Origin: an uncultured Actinomycetota bacterium
GTDB taxonomy: Bacteria > Actinomycetota > Actinomycetes > JAFAQI01
Reading direction: 5' to 3'
DNA length: 64,000 nt
NCBI GenBank assembly: GCA_963770565.1
Contig: CAVYQE010000011.1
Location: forward strand, 967,371 to 1,031,370
Under the pieces are notes generated by a model, which saw nothing but the letters and a program-made list of their open reading frames with translations, had not been told where the DNA came from and ran no database searches. Position numbers and translations under genes: made by a program. Shown in pieces: positions 10,930 to 23,735 of this stretch (position 1 is its first letter; every line of letters begins with the position of its first letter).

Positions 10930-12102
10930 GTGGCAGCACCTCAGAACTACCTTGCCGTGATCAAGGTCGTCGGGATCGGCGGCGGCGGTGTGAATGCCGT
11001 CAACCGGATGATCGAGGTCGGTCTCAAGGGCGTCGAGTTCATCGCGGTCAACACCGACGCGCAGGCGCTGCTGATGAGCGACGCCGACGTCAAGCTGGAC
11101 ATCGGTCGCGATCTGACTCGCGGCCTCGGTGCCGGCGCCGACCCCGGGATCGGCCGGCAGGCCGCCGATGACAACACCGAAGAGATCGAAGAGGTGCTCA
11201 AGGGCGCCGACATGGTCTTCGTCACCGCCGGCGAGGGCGGCGGCACCGGCACCGGCGGCGCGCCTGTCATTGCCCGGCTGGCCCGCGAGATCGGCGCGCT
11301 GACCATCGGTGTAGTCACCCGGCCGTTCTCCTTCGAAGGCAAGCGACGCGCGACCCAGGCCGAAGAGGGCATCGCCGCACTGCGCGAAGAGGTCGACACC
11401 TTGATCGTCATTCCCAACGACCGGCTGCTGTCGATCAGCGACAAGCGGGTCAGCGTGCTCGACGCCTTCCACTCCGCGGACCAGGTGCTGCTCTCCGGTG
11501 TGCAGGGAATCACCGACCTGATCACCACTCCCGGCCTGATCAACCTCGACTTCGCCGACGTGAAGTCCGTGATGTCCGGTGCCGGGTCGGCGCTCATGGG
11601 TATCGGCTCGGCGCGCGGCGACGACCGCGCAATGGTCGCCGCGGAGGGCGCGATCGCGAGCCCGCTGCTCGAGGCGTCGATCGAAGGCGCCCACGGTGTG
11701 TTGATGAACGTGTCCGGCGGAAGTGACCTCGGCCTGTTCGAGATCCACGAGGCCGCCCAGTTGGTCGCCGACGCCGCACACCCGGACGCCAACATCATCT
11801 TCGGTGCCGTCATCGACGACGCGTTGGGTGACGAGGTACGCGTCACGGTGATTGCCGCCGGGTTCGACGGCGGCACACCGCGGGCCCGCACCACTGAACC
11901 GCGCCGGGCGAAGGTGCGCGAACCGGAAGCCGAGGCGCCCGCCGACGTACCGGTGGTCGAGCACACCGTCGACCTCACCGAGGAGCCGGCCCCGGCCCGG
12001 GTGCCCGCCGCGAGCCGATCCGGCAGCCGCGCGGAGCCGCCGCGCCGCACCATCGTGTTCGACGACGGCGACGACCTCGACGTCCCCGACTTCCTGAAGT
12101 GA
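10930..12102 (+). CDS. ftsZ: Cell division GTPase FtsZ
   Basis: GGGTGTG tubulin motif, NLDFAD, C-terminal DVPDFLK; GTG start after AGGAAGG. Confidence 0.98.
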   Translation: MAAPQNYLAVIKVVGIGGGGVNAVNRMIEVGLKGVEFIAVNTDAQALLMSDADVKLDIGRDLTRGLGAGADPGIGRQAADDNTEEIEEVLKGADMVFVTAGEGGGTGTGGAPVIARLAREIGALTIGVVTRPFSFEGKRRATQAEEGIAALREEVDTLIVIPNDRLLSISDKRVSVLDAFHSADQVLLSGVQGITDLITTPGLINLDFADVKSVMSGAGSALMGIGSARGDDRAMVAAEGAIASPLLEASIEGAHGVLMNVSGGSDLGLFEIHEAAQLVADAAHPDANIIFGAVIDDALGDEVRVTVIAAGFDGGTPRARTTEPRRAKVREPEAEAPADVPVVEHTVDLTEEPAPARVPAASRSGSRAEPPRRTIVFDDGDDLDVPDFLK

Positions 12103-12148
12103 CAGGGGCGGGCCGATCGACCCGCTGAATGCCGCGTTCCCGCCGGGT

Positions 12149-12871
12149 GTGGTCGGGATCTTCACCACCCGAGCCGGCGGGGTGAGCGCCGGTCCCTGGG
12201 CCGACCTCAACCTCGCTCTGCACGTAGGCGACGAGCAGCGGCACGTGAACGCCAACCGGGATCTGCTGGCCGCGCATCTCGGGACCGCTCGCGTCACCTT
12301 CCCGAACCAGGAGCACGGTTGCGCGGTCATGGTCATCGATGCGGCCTGGCCGGGGCCCGACGACCGGATTGGTGCCGACCTGCCGGGTGCCGACGCGGTC
12401 GTCACCACCCGGCGCAACCTTGCGATCGGCGTCCTCGTCGCCGACTGCATCCCGGTGCTGCTCGCCGATGCCGATGCCCGGGTCGGCGCAGTCGCCCACG
12501 TCGGCCGCCGCGGCCTGGTCTCGGGAGTGCTGCAGGCGACCGTTGCTGCGATGGTTGATTGCGGAGCCCGTCCCAGTGCGGTCGTCGCCGTGGTCGGACC
12601 CGGTATTTGCGGTGCTTGCTATGAAGTGCCGATGGAGATGCGCGCGGAGGTCGCGTCCGTCGTGCCCGGCACGGCGGCGACGACCCGGACCGGTACGCCG
12701 TCGCTCGACCTGCCGGCCGGGGCCGCCGAGGTCCTGCGCCGCAGTGGGATCGAGGAGGTTCGTCCCACCGGGGTGTGCACGTTCGAGGACCCGCGCTTCT
12801 ACTCGTATCGCCGGGACGGCGTGACCGGCCGGTTCGCCGGCGTGGTCGTCCTGCAGGCCGGCCAGCCGTGA
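12149..12871 (+). CDS. pgeF: Peptidoglycan editing factor PgeF/YfiH (start uncertain)
   Basis: TTRAGGVS, NLALHVGD, ADCIPVL, YSYRR; follows ftsZ. Confidence 0.88.
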   Translation: MVGIFTTRAGGVSAGPWADLNLALHVGDEQRHVNANRDLLAAHLGTARVTFPNQEHGCAVMVIDAAWPGPDDRIGADLPGADAVVTTRRNLAIGVLVADCIPVLLADADARVGAVAHVGRRGLVSGVLQATVAAMVDCGARPSAVVAVVGPGICGACYEVPMEMRAEVASVVPGTAATTRTGTPSLDLPAGAAEVLRRSGIEEVRPTGVCTFEDPRFYSYRRDGVTGRFAGVVVLQAGQP

Positions 12872-13680
12872 GCACCGAGGAGCGGCGGGCCGAGATTGCC
12901 GCGAACCTGGCCGCGCTGAGGGTACGGGTGGAACGCGCGTGCGAGACGGCCGGTCGCGACCCTGGCGAGATCACCGTGATCGCCATCACCAAGACCTTCC
13001 CGGCCAGCGACATCGGCTTGCTCGCCGAGCTCGGCATGACCGACGTTGGGGAGAACCGCGACCAGGAGGCGGCACAGAAGCATGAGCAGTGCTCCGGCTT
13101 GGCGCTTCGGTGGCACTTCGTCGGCCAGTTGCAACGCAACAAGGCAAAGTCGGTCGCCCGTTACGCCGATGTCGTGCATTCCGTCGATCGGGCTGAGCTC
13201 GTCGAGGCGTTGAGCCGGGCTGCCATCGGTGCCGGCCGGACGATCAGCGCGCTCGTGCAGGTCGACCTCGACCCGCCCGCGGTGGCCGACCCGGCCCTGG
13301 CGGGCGTGGCCGACCCGGCCCGAGGAGGCGTGGCCGATCCGGCCCGAGGAGGCGTGGCCGAACCGGCCCGAGGAGGCGTGGCCGGACCGGCCCGAGGGGG
13401 GAGAGCGCCGGGCGAGGTGGGCGCACTCGCCGACGAGATCGCGGCCGCCCCGGGCCTCGAGCTGGGCGGGGTCATGGCAGTGGCTCCACTGGACCGCGAT
13501 CCGGATGAAGCGTTCGCCCGGCTGGCGGCGATCGCCGCCGACTTGCGGGCCCGGCATCCGGGCGCGTCGATGGTGTCGGCGGGCATGACCGACGACTTCG
13601 AATCCGCGATCCGGCACGGTGCGACACACCTTCGGATCGGTTCGGCGTTGTTGGGCCGCCGGAGCGCGCCGGTCGGCTAG
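12868..13680 (+). CDS. yggS: YggS family PLP homeostasis protein
   Basis: [30 protein letters not shown]. Confidence 0.92.
   Translation: MSTEERRAEIAANLAALRVRVERACETAGRDPGEITVIAITKTFPASDIGLLAELGMTDVGENRDQEAAQKHEQCSGLALRWHFVGQLQRNKAKSVARYADVVHSVDRAELVEALSRAAIGAGRTISALVQVDLDPPAVADPALAGVADPARGGVADPARGGVAEPARGGVAGPARGGRAPGEVGALADEIAAAPGLELGGVMAVAPLDRDPDEAFARLAAIAADLRARHPGASMVSAGMTDDFESAIRHGATHLRIGSALLGRRSAPVG
13282..13401 (+). repeat. 5 x 24-bp in-frame tandem repeat inside yggS (VADPARGG)
   Basis: Units gtggccgacccggcccgaggaggc start at 13282, 13306, 13330, 13354 and 13378. Confidence 0.9.
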
Positions 13681-13744
13681 CCTTCCGGGAGAGCCTGCGG
13701 ATGCCGTAGGCCCGCTGCGGATACGAGAAACCGGAGGACGTCGC

Positions 13745-14242
13745 ATGCCTGGCGCGATGCGCAAGATGGCCGTCTACCTGGGGCTCGTGGAGGATGAGGA
13801 TCTCGACGCCGCCTACGACGACGGCTACGACGACACGGGTGCGATCGACGAGCGGACCCACGTCGTCCGCCGGCACGACGAGCCGACCCTGCGGGTCACC
13901 CGGCCCGACGAGGTGGCCGAGCGGGCCCCGAACAACCGGCGCGAGCCGCTCGAGACCCTCGATGCCTACCGCATCACGACCGTGCACCCTCGCAACTACA
14001 ACGAAGCCCGGATCATCGGCGAGCACTTCCGCGACGGAACGCCGGTCATCATGAACCTCACCGACATGGATGACTCGGACGCGAAGCGGCTGGTCGACTT
14101 CTCGGCCGGGCTCGTCTTCGGCCGCCGCGGCAGCATTGAGCGGGTGACCCAGAAGGTGTTCCTGCTCACCCCCGCGAACGTCGAGATCACGGCCGAGGAC
14201 AAGTCGCGCATGGCCGGGGCTGGATTCTTCAATCAGAGCTAG
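13745..14242 (+). CDS. sepF: Cell division protein SepF
   Basis: [11 protein letters not shown]-terminus, [17 protein letters not shown]; GGAGG RBS. Confidence 0.93.
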   Translation: MPGAMRKMAVYLGLVEDEDLDAAYDDGYDDTGAIDERTHVVRRHDEPTLRVTRPDEVAERAPNNRREPLETLDAYRITTVHPRNYNEARIIGEHFRDGTPVIMNLTDMDDSDAKRLVDFSAGLVFGRRGSIERVTQKVFLLTPANVEITAEDKSRMAGAGFFNQS

Positions 14243-14278
14243 TGCCTTGTCTCGCTCCACCGGTCGGTTGGACTCACT

Positions 14279-14563
14279 GTGATCGCCGCGATCATCGCGA
14301 TCTACGTCCTTTACATCATCGTCGGACTGTTGATCGTGCGGCTGATCCTCGACTACGTGATGATGTTTGCCCGCAACTTCCGGCCGAAAGGTGTGCTGGC
14401 AGCGGTCCTCGAGGTGGCGTACTCGGTGACCGATCCACCGCTGCGGGCGCTCCGGCGGATCATCCCACCGCTTCGACTCGGGCGGGTCTCCCTCGATCTG
14501 TCGTTCATCGTGTTGCTTATTTCCGCGTATGTTCTTATCGACGTGATCGATCCATACACGTGA
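14279..14563 (+). CDS. yggT: YggT family membrane protein
   Basis: TDPPLRALRRIIPP...LDLS; position between sepF and divIVA. Confidence 0.88.
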   Translation: MIAAIIAIYVLYIIVGLLIVRLILDYVMMFARNFRPKGVLAAVLEVAYSVTDPPLRALRRIIPPLRLGRVSLDLSFIVLLISAYVLIDVIDPYT

Positions 14564-14609
14564 TGCCGGACCCGACCGTGACGCTTCCAAACATCAGAGG
14601 TGACCTGCG

Positions 14610-15578
14610 ATGCCACTGACTCCTGAGGACGTTCAGAACAAGAGGTTCACCACAACGCGCCTCAAGGCCGGGTACGACGAGGACGAGGTCGACGGCTTCC
14701 TCGACGAGGTCGAGGCGGAGATGCGTCGGCTGCTCGCCGAGATCGCCTCGTTGCGTGCGGCCGCCACCTCGGCGCCGGCTGCTGCTCCGGCCGCGCCGGT
14801 GGCGGCACCAGCCGCCCAGGTCGCCCCGCCGCGCGAGGAGCCGAGTGAGGCGGCGCTGCGCACCCTGGCGATGGCTCAGCGGACCGCCGAGGAGGCGATT
14901 GCCCAGGCCAAGGCCGAGGCCGACCAACTGGTTAGCGCTGCCCGGGCCCAGGCGTCGACCCTCGAGCGGGATGCGAAGGCCGAACACGCGACCAAGCTCG
15001 CTGAGTTCGAGCGCGCGAGGTCGGCGATCGAAGCTCAGCTCAACCAACTCCGCGGGTTCGAGCGCGACCACCTGACCCGGGTGCGCGCGTATCTCGAAGG
15101 GCAGCTGAAGGAGTTGACCGGGTTGGAAAGCGCGGCATCGCCGCTGCTCAACGTCGGCGGAAAGCCGGCCGGCGGCGCGGCGTCGCCGGCCGCGGCCACG
15201 CCGCCAGCACCGACCCACTCCCCGGCCACTCCACCTTCGGCGGCACATCCGCCGGCCGGCCCGCCTCCCGTCGCGTCGGCCGCACCGCCGGCAGCCGGCG
15301 GGATCAACGTGCCGAGAGTCGCTACCGGGTCGGGTCAGCCGCTGTCGCCGCCTTCACCGCCGGCCGCCGTCTCACCGGCACCCGGTGGGCCGGGCGGGCC
15401 GTTCAGCACGGCGCCGCTTCCGGCCTCGCCGCAGGACTCACCGGAGCTGTTCACCCCGCCCGGCGCCGCCGCGCCGTCGGGTGCAGCGTTTGCGACCGAT
15501 GTCGATGCCGAGAGCGACGTCCCGTCGGGACCGCCGTCGCAGGCCGACGAGGGCGAGACCGACGAGTCCTCCGAGTAG
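14610..15578 (+). CDS. divIVA: DivIVA/Wag31 polar growth protein
   Basis: MPLTPEDV...GYDEDEVDGFLD, coiled coils, Pro/Ala-rich tail. Confidence 0.93.
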   Translation: MPLTPEDVQNKRFTTTRLKAGYDEDEVDGFLDEVEAEMRRLLAEIASLRAAATSAPAAAPAAPVAAPAAQVAPPREEPSEAALRTLAMAQRTAEEAIAQAKAEADQLVSAARAQASTLERDAKAEHATKLAEFERARSAIEAQLNQLRGFERDHLTRVRAYLEGQLKELTGLESAASPLLNVGGKPAGGAASPAAATPPAPTHSPATPPSAAHPPAGPPPVASAAPPAAGGINVPRVATGSGQPLSPPSPPAAVSPAPGGPGGPFSTAPLPASPQDSPELFTPPGAAAPSGAAFATDVDAESDVPSGPPSQADEGETDESSE

Positions 15579-15685
15579 GGCCGGCTGGCTGGTGCCCCAC
15601 TAGACTCGGCGCTCGTGCGGCCGGGGTCGACGCGGTTTGCCGAAGCCGCCTCGCCCACCTTCGCCACTGAAACGGAGCCGACCAC

Positions 15686-16729
15686 GTGATCGTCGCGAGC
15701 GCGGTGCTGCTCTTCGTTGCGGTCGCGTTGCTGATCGTCGGGCTGTTTCCCTCAATGGGCCTGGACTGGGTCTATGCGGCGGTGGCGACCAGCATCCTGG
15801 CGTTCATCACCCTGTGGCTGTCGGTCCGCCAACGTGCCGAGCTTCCGGTCGAGTCCCACGCCTCGGGCGGCTCCAGCGGGCCGGTGACCGGCGGCGATGC
15901 GGATCGCGACGTGGTCGTGGTGTCGATGCCGAGCGACCGGGTCGAGCCGGTGGCGGAAGCCGAGCCTTCGCTCGCCGTAACCGATGACCACCCGCCGGCA
16001 CCGGTATCCGCGGATCCGGTCCCGGCGGTCAGCAGTACGGCGGCCGCGCCGAGCGCCCTGCAGCGGCTGCGGACCGGGTCGGCGCCGTCCCTGGCGTCCA
16101 CCCCGCCAACCCCAGCGCCCGCGGTGGTGCAAAAGGTGGCCCCGGCCGAGAAGGTCGTCGCGGTGAAGAAGGCCGCCCCCACGAAGTCGGTAGCCCCCAC
16201 GAAGTCGGTAGCCCCCACGAAGTCGGTAGCCCCCACCAAGGTCGTCGCGGTGGCAAAGGCCGCTCCGGCGAAGAAGCCGGCTGCCGCCAAGAAGGCCGTT
16301 GCAGGGGCCAAAGCTGCGCCGCCGAGGAAGGCGCCTTCCGAGCGAACCGTCTCCATCGTCAAGAGCGCTTTGCCGGCAAAGCAGGTGGCGCCGGTCAAGA
16401 AGGGTGCTCCGGCCAAGAAGAGTGCGCCCGTCAATAAGGCTGCGCCCGCCAAGAAGGCCCTCCCGCCGGCCAAGGCGGCTCCGTCGAAGGCCGTCGCGGT
16501 GAGGAAGGCTGCCCCGGCGAAGCGGGTTGCTCCGACCAAAATGGCCGTCGCGGTGAAGAAGGCTGCCCCGGCGAAGCGGGTTGCTCCGACCAAAATGGCC
16601 GTCGCGGTGAAGAAGGCTGGTCCGGCGAAGTCGGTTGCTCCGGCCAAGAAGGCCGTCCCGCCGACCAAGGCTGCTGCCGCGAAGAAGGCTGCTCCGGCTA
16701 AGCGGTCCAGCGCTCGCAACTCTCGCTAG
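15686..16729 (+). CDS. Two-TM protein with histone H1-like Lys/Ala/Pro-rich tail
   Basis: Two N-terminal hydrophobic segments, then about 200 aa of KKAAPAK-type repeats. Confidence 0.7.
   Translation: MIVASAVLLFVAVALLIVGLFPSMGLDWVYAAVATSILAFITLWLSVRQRAELPVESHASGGSSGPVTGGDADRDVVVVSMPSDRVEPVAEAEPSLAVTDDHPPAPVSADPVPAVSSTAAAPSALQRLRTGSAPSLASTPPTPAPAVVQKVAPAEKVVAVKKAAPTKSVAPTKSVAPTKSVAPTKVVAVAKAAPAKKPAAAKKAVAGAKAAPPRKAPSERTVSIVKSALPAKQVAPVKKGAPAKKSAPVNKAAPAKKALPPAKAAPSKAVAVRKAAPAKRVAPTKMAVAVKKAAPAKRVAPTKMAVAVKKAGPAKSVAPAKKAVPPTKAAAAKKAAPAKRSSARNSR
16175..16650 (+). repeat. In-frame tandem repeats: 18 bp x3 (16175, 16193, 16211) and 54 bp x3 (16489, 16543, 16597)
   Basis: gcccccacgaagtcggta units and ggccgtcgcggtga...ccgaccaaaat units. 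Confidence 0.85.
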
Positions 16730-16797
16730 TCCGTCGTCATTCTGGTGAAGGCGTAGCGGATCCAGCCGTGGAACGTGATGATCGGCGCAGATACCGC

Positions 16798-17268
16798 TTA
16801 GCTGATTGCCATCTGACGGCGGAACGGGTCGCGCGCCGGGGGGGTGGCGAGCTGGACCCGGTCGCCCTCGATGGACAGACCGGTCAGGCCGAGGACGGAA
16901 AGCAGGATCGACAACGTGGTCTCGCCGGCCTCGATGCCTTCCTGGGTCACCATCGCGCGGTAGATCAACGCCCAGTGCTTCGCCGGGGTGTCGTAAGTCC
17001 AGTCGACCGAGCCGAGGTGCAACGCGGTGCCCTTGCTGCCGTCCGGGCCGTTGAACGGCCCGCTCCAGCGCTGGATGCCGGCCGGGCCGGCACTGAAGCA
17101 GCCCTCCGCCAGGACGTCCTCGTGGTTTGCAGCGTCGAGCAGCGCGCGAGCCTGGAGCTCGGGGAGCACCAGAGCTGGGCGGACATGACTGGTGAGTGCG
17201 GGGACGGCCACGGCCCCACTCTTCAGACGCAGGCCGTCAGCCGACGTCTTGAGTAGCGTCAGTGACAC
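16798..17268 (-). CDS. Hypothetical protein (~156 aa)
   Basis: GTG at 17268 preceded by GGGAGG; open frame with GC-rich third positions; no motif recognised. Confidence 0.6.
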   Translation of the reverse strand: MSLTLLKTSADGLRLKSGAVAVPALTSHVRPALVLPELQARALLDAANHEDVLAEGCFSAGPAGIQRWSGPFNGPDGSKGTALHLGSVDWTYDTPAKHWALIYRAMVTQEGIEAGETTLSILLSVLGLTGLSIEGDRVQLATPPARDPFRRQMAIS

Positions 17269-17383
17269 GTCTACCTCCCGGTTCTCAGCATGTTGGCTAA
17301 GCCGTTCGCAGTAGCCACGCCTGCTCATAAAGAGCATCGGGTCTACCGCTCGTAATAGTCATTCGGCCGAACGGGTGGAAAAA

Positions 17384-20526
<3,143 letters not shown>

Positions 20527-20529
20527 GGT

Positions 20530-20820
20530 TGCTCCATCCTCCGTCGTCGAGCTCGCTCGCCGGTCGGGCGAGCAGGTCTCGTCGGAGGGACGAGGCGCCG
20601 TGGCGCCCCGCGGTACCACCCTCCTTGGCCGGCCGGCGACCGGAGTCGCCGGCAAACCCGCTCAAGGGGTGCGGCCGGGTCTACCCACGCTCACCACAGG
20701 GGTGCGACGTGCTCTTCCGGCGGCTCGGAGGTGATCGTCACCACGCGCCGGCCCCCGGGCTCACACCGTCCCCAGGTCGCTCGTGGCTGCATTTCGCGGC
20801 TAGTTGTCCTCGTCAATGCC
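20530..20820 (-). promoter_or_regulatory. Ile T-box riboswitch (translational type)
   Basis: AAGGAGGGTGGTACCGCG T-box at 20609-20626; ATC specifier at 20733-20735; GGTGTGA loop; CGTCCCTCCG can sequester the CGGAGGATG RBS. Confidence 0.9.
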
Positions 20821-21049
20821 TTCTCGCAAGGCATGATCTTAGCGGCCGAACGGCGCCGGTCCCGGGCATTAATCGCCGTATTGCAGCGTTGGAAGTCACC
20901 GAAGCAGGCCGGATTACACTGTTCGGCCTCGCGCCGCACCTCTTACCGGTTCGGCGCGGCAGATTGCCCGGGCTCCGGCGTGGACCTATCCTGCGCAGAC
21001 CCCAAGATCGGCTGCCGTTCGGCGCCGGTCATCGATGAGGGAGGTCGAG

Positions 21050-22156
21050 GTGGCTCGCGAGCGACCGACCGGCGGGGGTCGCCAGCGTGCCCAGGTCGCC
21101 TCGAGCCGGACCTCGACGCCCCGCCGTACGGCGTCCACCTCGCCGGCCAAGAAGGCCGTGAGCGGCCGGGTAGCAGTCAAGAAATCGGCTCCCGCCAAGA
21201 AAGCCGCGCCAGCGAAGAAATCCGTGGTGAAAGCGGCCGCCCCCGCCAAAAAGTCGACAACCGGCAAGAAGGCGGCGGCGCCGCGAAAGCCCGCACCGGT
21301 GACGAAGCGCGCGGTGCAGAAAGCCGCGCCCGGGAAGAAATCCGGCCCGGCCAAGAAATTGGCCGCGGCCGCGAAATCCGCCGCGGCCCGAATCTCCGGC
21401 GGCGCGCGCGCCAGTGCGACCAAGCGGGTAGCCGCGAAGGCGCCCGCACCGAGTCGAACCGTCGCCCGCAAGCCGGCAGCGACCAAGGTGGCACCGGTCA
21501 AGAAGGCCGCCGTCGCCAAGAAGGCCCCGGCGCCGAAGCGGGCCGCTCCTGCCAAGAAGCCGCCGGTGAAGGCCGCCGCGGTCAAGAAGGCAGCCCCGGT
21601 CAAGAAGGCAGCCCCGGCCAAGGCAGCAGCTCCGGCCAAGGCAGCAGCTCCGGCCAAGAAGGCGGCGCCGGCCACGGCCGCGCGGCCGGCCGCCGTAGCC
21701 AAGAAGGCCCCCGCACCAGCGCCGCGTCCGGCGACTCCCGCCCCGCCGACCCGGGTGGCGAAGCCGGGTGCCACGGTTCTGCCGGGCGAGCGGCCGTGGA
21801 CCAAGCCCGAGTTGGTCAAGATCCGGGCCGAGCTGGATCTGCAGGCCCGCGAGCTGCGGGGCGAGATCAGCGAGGCCGAGCTGTCCTGGGCCGCGTTGCA
21901 GCGCGACAGCGGCGAGGGCGCCGGCGACGACCAAGCCGACGCGGGCACCAAGACCTTCGAGCGTGAGCACGAGATGTCGCTCGCGGCCAACAGTCGTGAC
22001 CTGCTGTCCCAGGTCGAGCGGGCGCTCCAGCGGCTGGACGACAAGACCTACGGCATCTGCGAGAGCTGCGGGAACCCGATCGGCAAGGGTCGGCTGCAGG
22101 CGTTTCCCCGTGCAACCCTGTGTGTGTCATGCAAGCAGCGCGAGGAGCGGCGGTAG
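21050..22156 (+). CDS. DksA/TraR C4 zinc-finger protein with histone-like N-terminus
   Basis: [15 protein letters not shown]...RATLCVSC; about 230 aa AKK-rich N-terminus. Confidence 0.88.
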   Translation: MARERPTGGGRQRAQVASSRTSTPRRTASTSPAKKAVSGRVAVKKSAPAKKAAPAKKSVVKAAAPAKKSTTGKKAAAPRKPAPVTKRAVQKAAPGKKSGPAKKLAAAAKSAAARISGGARASATKRVAAKAPAPSRTVARKPAATKVAPVKKAAVAKKAPAPKRAAPAKKPPVKAAAVKKAAPVKKAAPAKAAAPAKAAAPAKKAAPATAARPAAVAKKAPAPAPRPATPAPPTRVAKPGATVLPGERPWTKPELVKIRAELDLQARELRGEISEAELSWAALQRDSGEGAGDDQADAGTKTFEREHEMSLAANSRDLLSQVERALQRLDDKTYGICESCGNPIGKGRLQAFPRATLCVSCKQREERR

Positions 22157-22662
22157 CCCCCGAGGCACCGCAGCAGGCCGCACCGCGGCAACGGGCCAGA
22201 TGGTTGGCCATCACCGCGCTGCTGGTCCTCGTTGCCGACGTGGTGAGCAAGCAGGTCGTGGTCGCCAAGCTCTCCGATCACCCGCCGGTCCGGGTGATCG
22301 CGCACGTGCTGACCCTCACCCTGACCCGAAACGGGGGCGCGGCCTTCAGCATCGGCGGCGGCGCCACCGTGCTCTTCACCGCAGTTGCCGTGGCCGTGGT
22401 CGTCGTCATCGCCCGGACCGCGCGGTCACTGGCCTCGAGGGGCTGGGCGATCGCGCTCGGACTTCTGCTCGGTGGCGCGGTGGGCAACCTCGCCGACCGG
22501 GTGTTTCGTTCGCCCGCGCCGTTCCGCGGTCACGTCGTGGACTGGATCGAGCTGCCGCACTGGCCGGTGTTCAACGTCGCCGACTCGGCGATCGTGGCCG
22601 GCGGCGTACTCGCGATGTTGCTGGTCACGCTCGGCATCGAGCTCGACGGCACCCGGCGGTGA
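22129..22662 (+). CDS. lspA: Lipoprotein signal peptidase II
   Basis: [27 protein letters not shown]. Confidence 0.94.
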   Translation: MQAARGAAVAPEAPQQAAPRQRARWLAITALLVLVADVVSKQVVVAKLSDHPPVRVIAHVLTLTLTRNGGAAFSIGGGATVLFTAVAVAVVVVIARTARSLASRGWAIALGLLLGGAVGNLADRVFRSPAPFRGHVVDWIELPHWPVFNVADSAIVAGGVLAMLLVTLGIELDGTRR

Positions 22663-23585
22663 CCGCGCGCCGCGTGCCCTTGCCCGAAGGGCTCGAGGGG
22701 CAACGGGTCGACGTGGCACTGTCGAGGCTGTTCGGGGTGTCGCGGACTTCGGCCGCCGAGCTGATCGAGACCGGCGCGGTGCTCGTCGACGGCAAGGCAC
22801 CGGTCAAGTCCGATCGGCTCGCCAGCGGCGCTTGGCTCGACGTCACGCTGCCCGAGCCCGAGACCGTGGTGCGGGCCGAGCCGGCGCTGGTCGCCGGCCT
22901 GCGGATCGTGTACGTCGACGACGACCTCGTCGTGGTCGACAAGCCGGTCGGCGTGGCGGCCCATCCGAGTCCCGGCTGGGACGGGCCGACCGTGACCGGG
23001 GGCCTCGCCGCGGCCGGGTACCGGCTGTCCACCTCAGGGGTTGCGGAACGCCAAGGGGTCGTGCACCGACTCGACGTCGGCACCACCGGGCTGATGGTGG
23101 TGGCGCGCAGCGAGCGGGCCTACACCGCCCTGAAGAGCGCCTTCCGGGAACGGGCCGTGGACAAGCGCTACACCGCGCTCGTGCAGGGACATCCCGATCC
23201 GACCAGCGGCACGATCGACGCCCCGATCGACCGGCATCCCACCCATGACTACAAGTGGGCCGTGGTCGCGGGCGGCCGCCCGAGCGTCACTCACTACGAG
23301 ACGGTCGAGGCGTTCCGGGCCGCCAGCCTGCTCGAGGTCCGGCTCGAGACCGGCCGGACCCACCAGATCCGGGTGCACATGGCGGCGATCCGCCACCCGT
23401 GCGTCGGCGACCTGACGTACGGCGCCGACCCGACCCTCGCGGCCCGGCTGCAGCTCGACCGGCAGTGGCTGCACGCCGGCGAGCTCGCCTTCACGCACCC
23501 GGCGGACGGCCGCGAGGTCCGCTTCACCAGCCCGCCGCCGGCCGATCTCGCCCGGGCGCTGGACCTGCTGACCGGGGCGGAATGA
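22659..23585 (+). CDS. RluA/RluD family pseudouridine synthase
   Basis: S4-like N-terminus, [24 protein letters not shown]. Confidence 0.93.
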   Translation: MTARRVPLPEGLEGQRVDVALSRLFGVSRTSAAELIETGAVLVDGKAPVKSDRLASGAWLDVTLPEPETVVRAEPALVAGLRIVYVDDDLVVVDKPVGVAAHPSPGWDGPTVTGGLAAAGYRLSTSGVAERQGVVHRLDVGTTGLMVVARSERAYTALKSAFRERAVDKRYTALVQGHPDPTSGTIDAPIDRHPTHDYKWAVVAGGRPSVTHYETVEAFRAASLLEVRLETGRTHQIRVHMAAIRHPCVGDLTYGADPTLAARLQLDRQWLHAGELAFTHPADGREVRFTSPPPADLARALDLLTGAE

Positions 23586-23735
23586 GGGTGCCGGCGGCGA
23601 CGCGCCGGTCCGACACGCGCGACGACGTCGGTGGGTCGTGTTAGAACGGCTGAGTATCTCGGCCGCCTTCCCCCTGGCCGTCATCAAGCACCACCGTTGT
23701 TGGGAGGGCTTACGTCCACGAGGATTGGATCCGGA

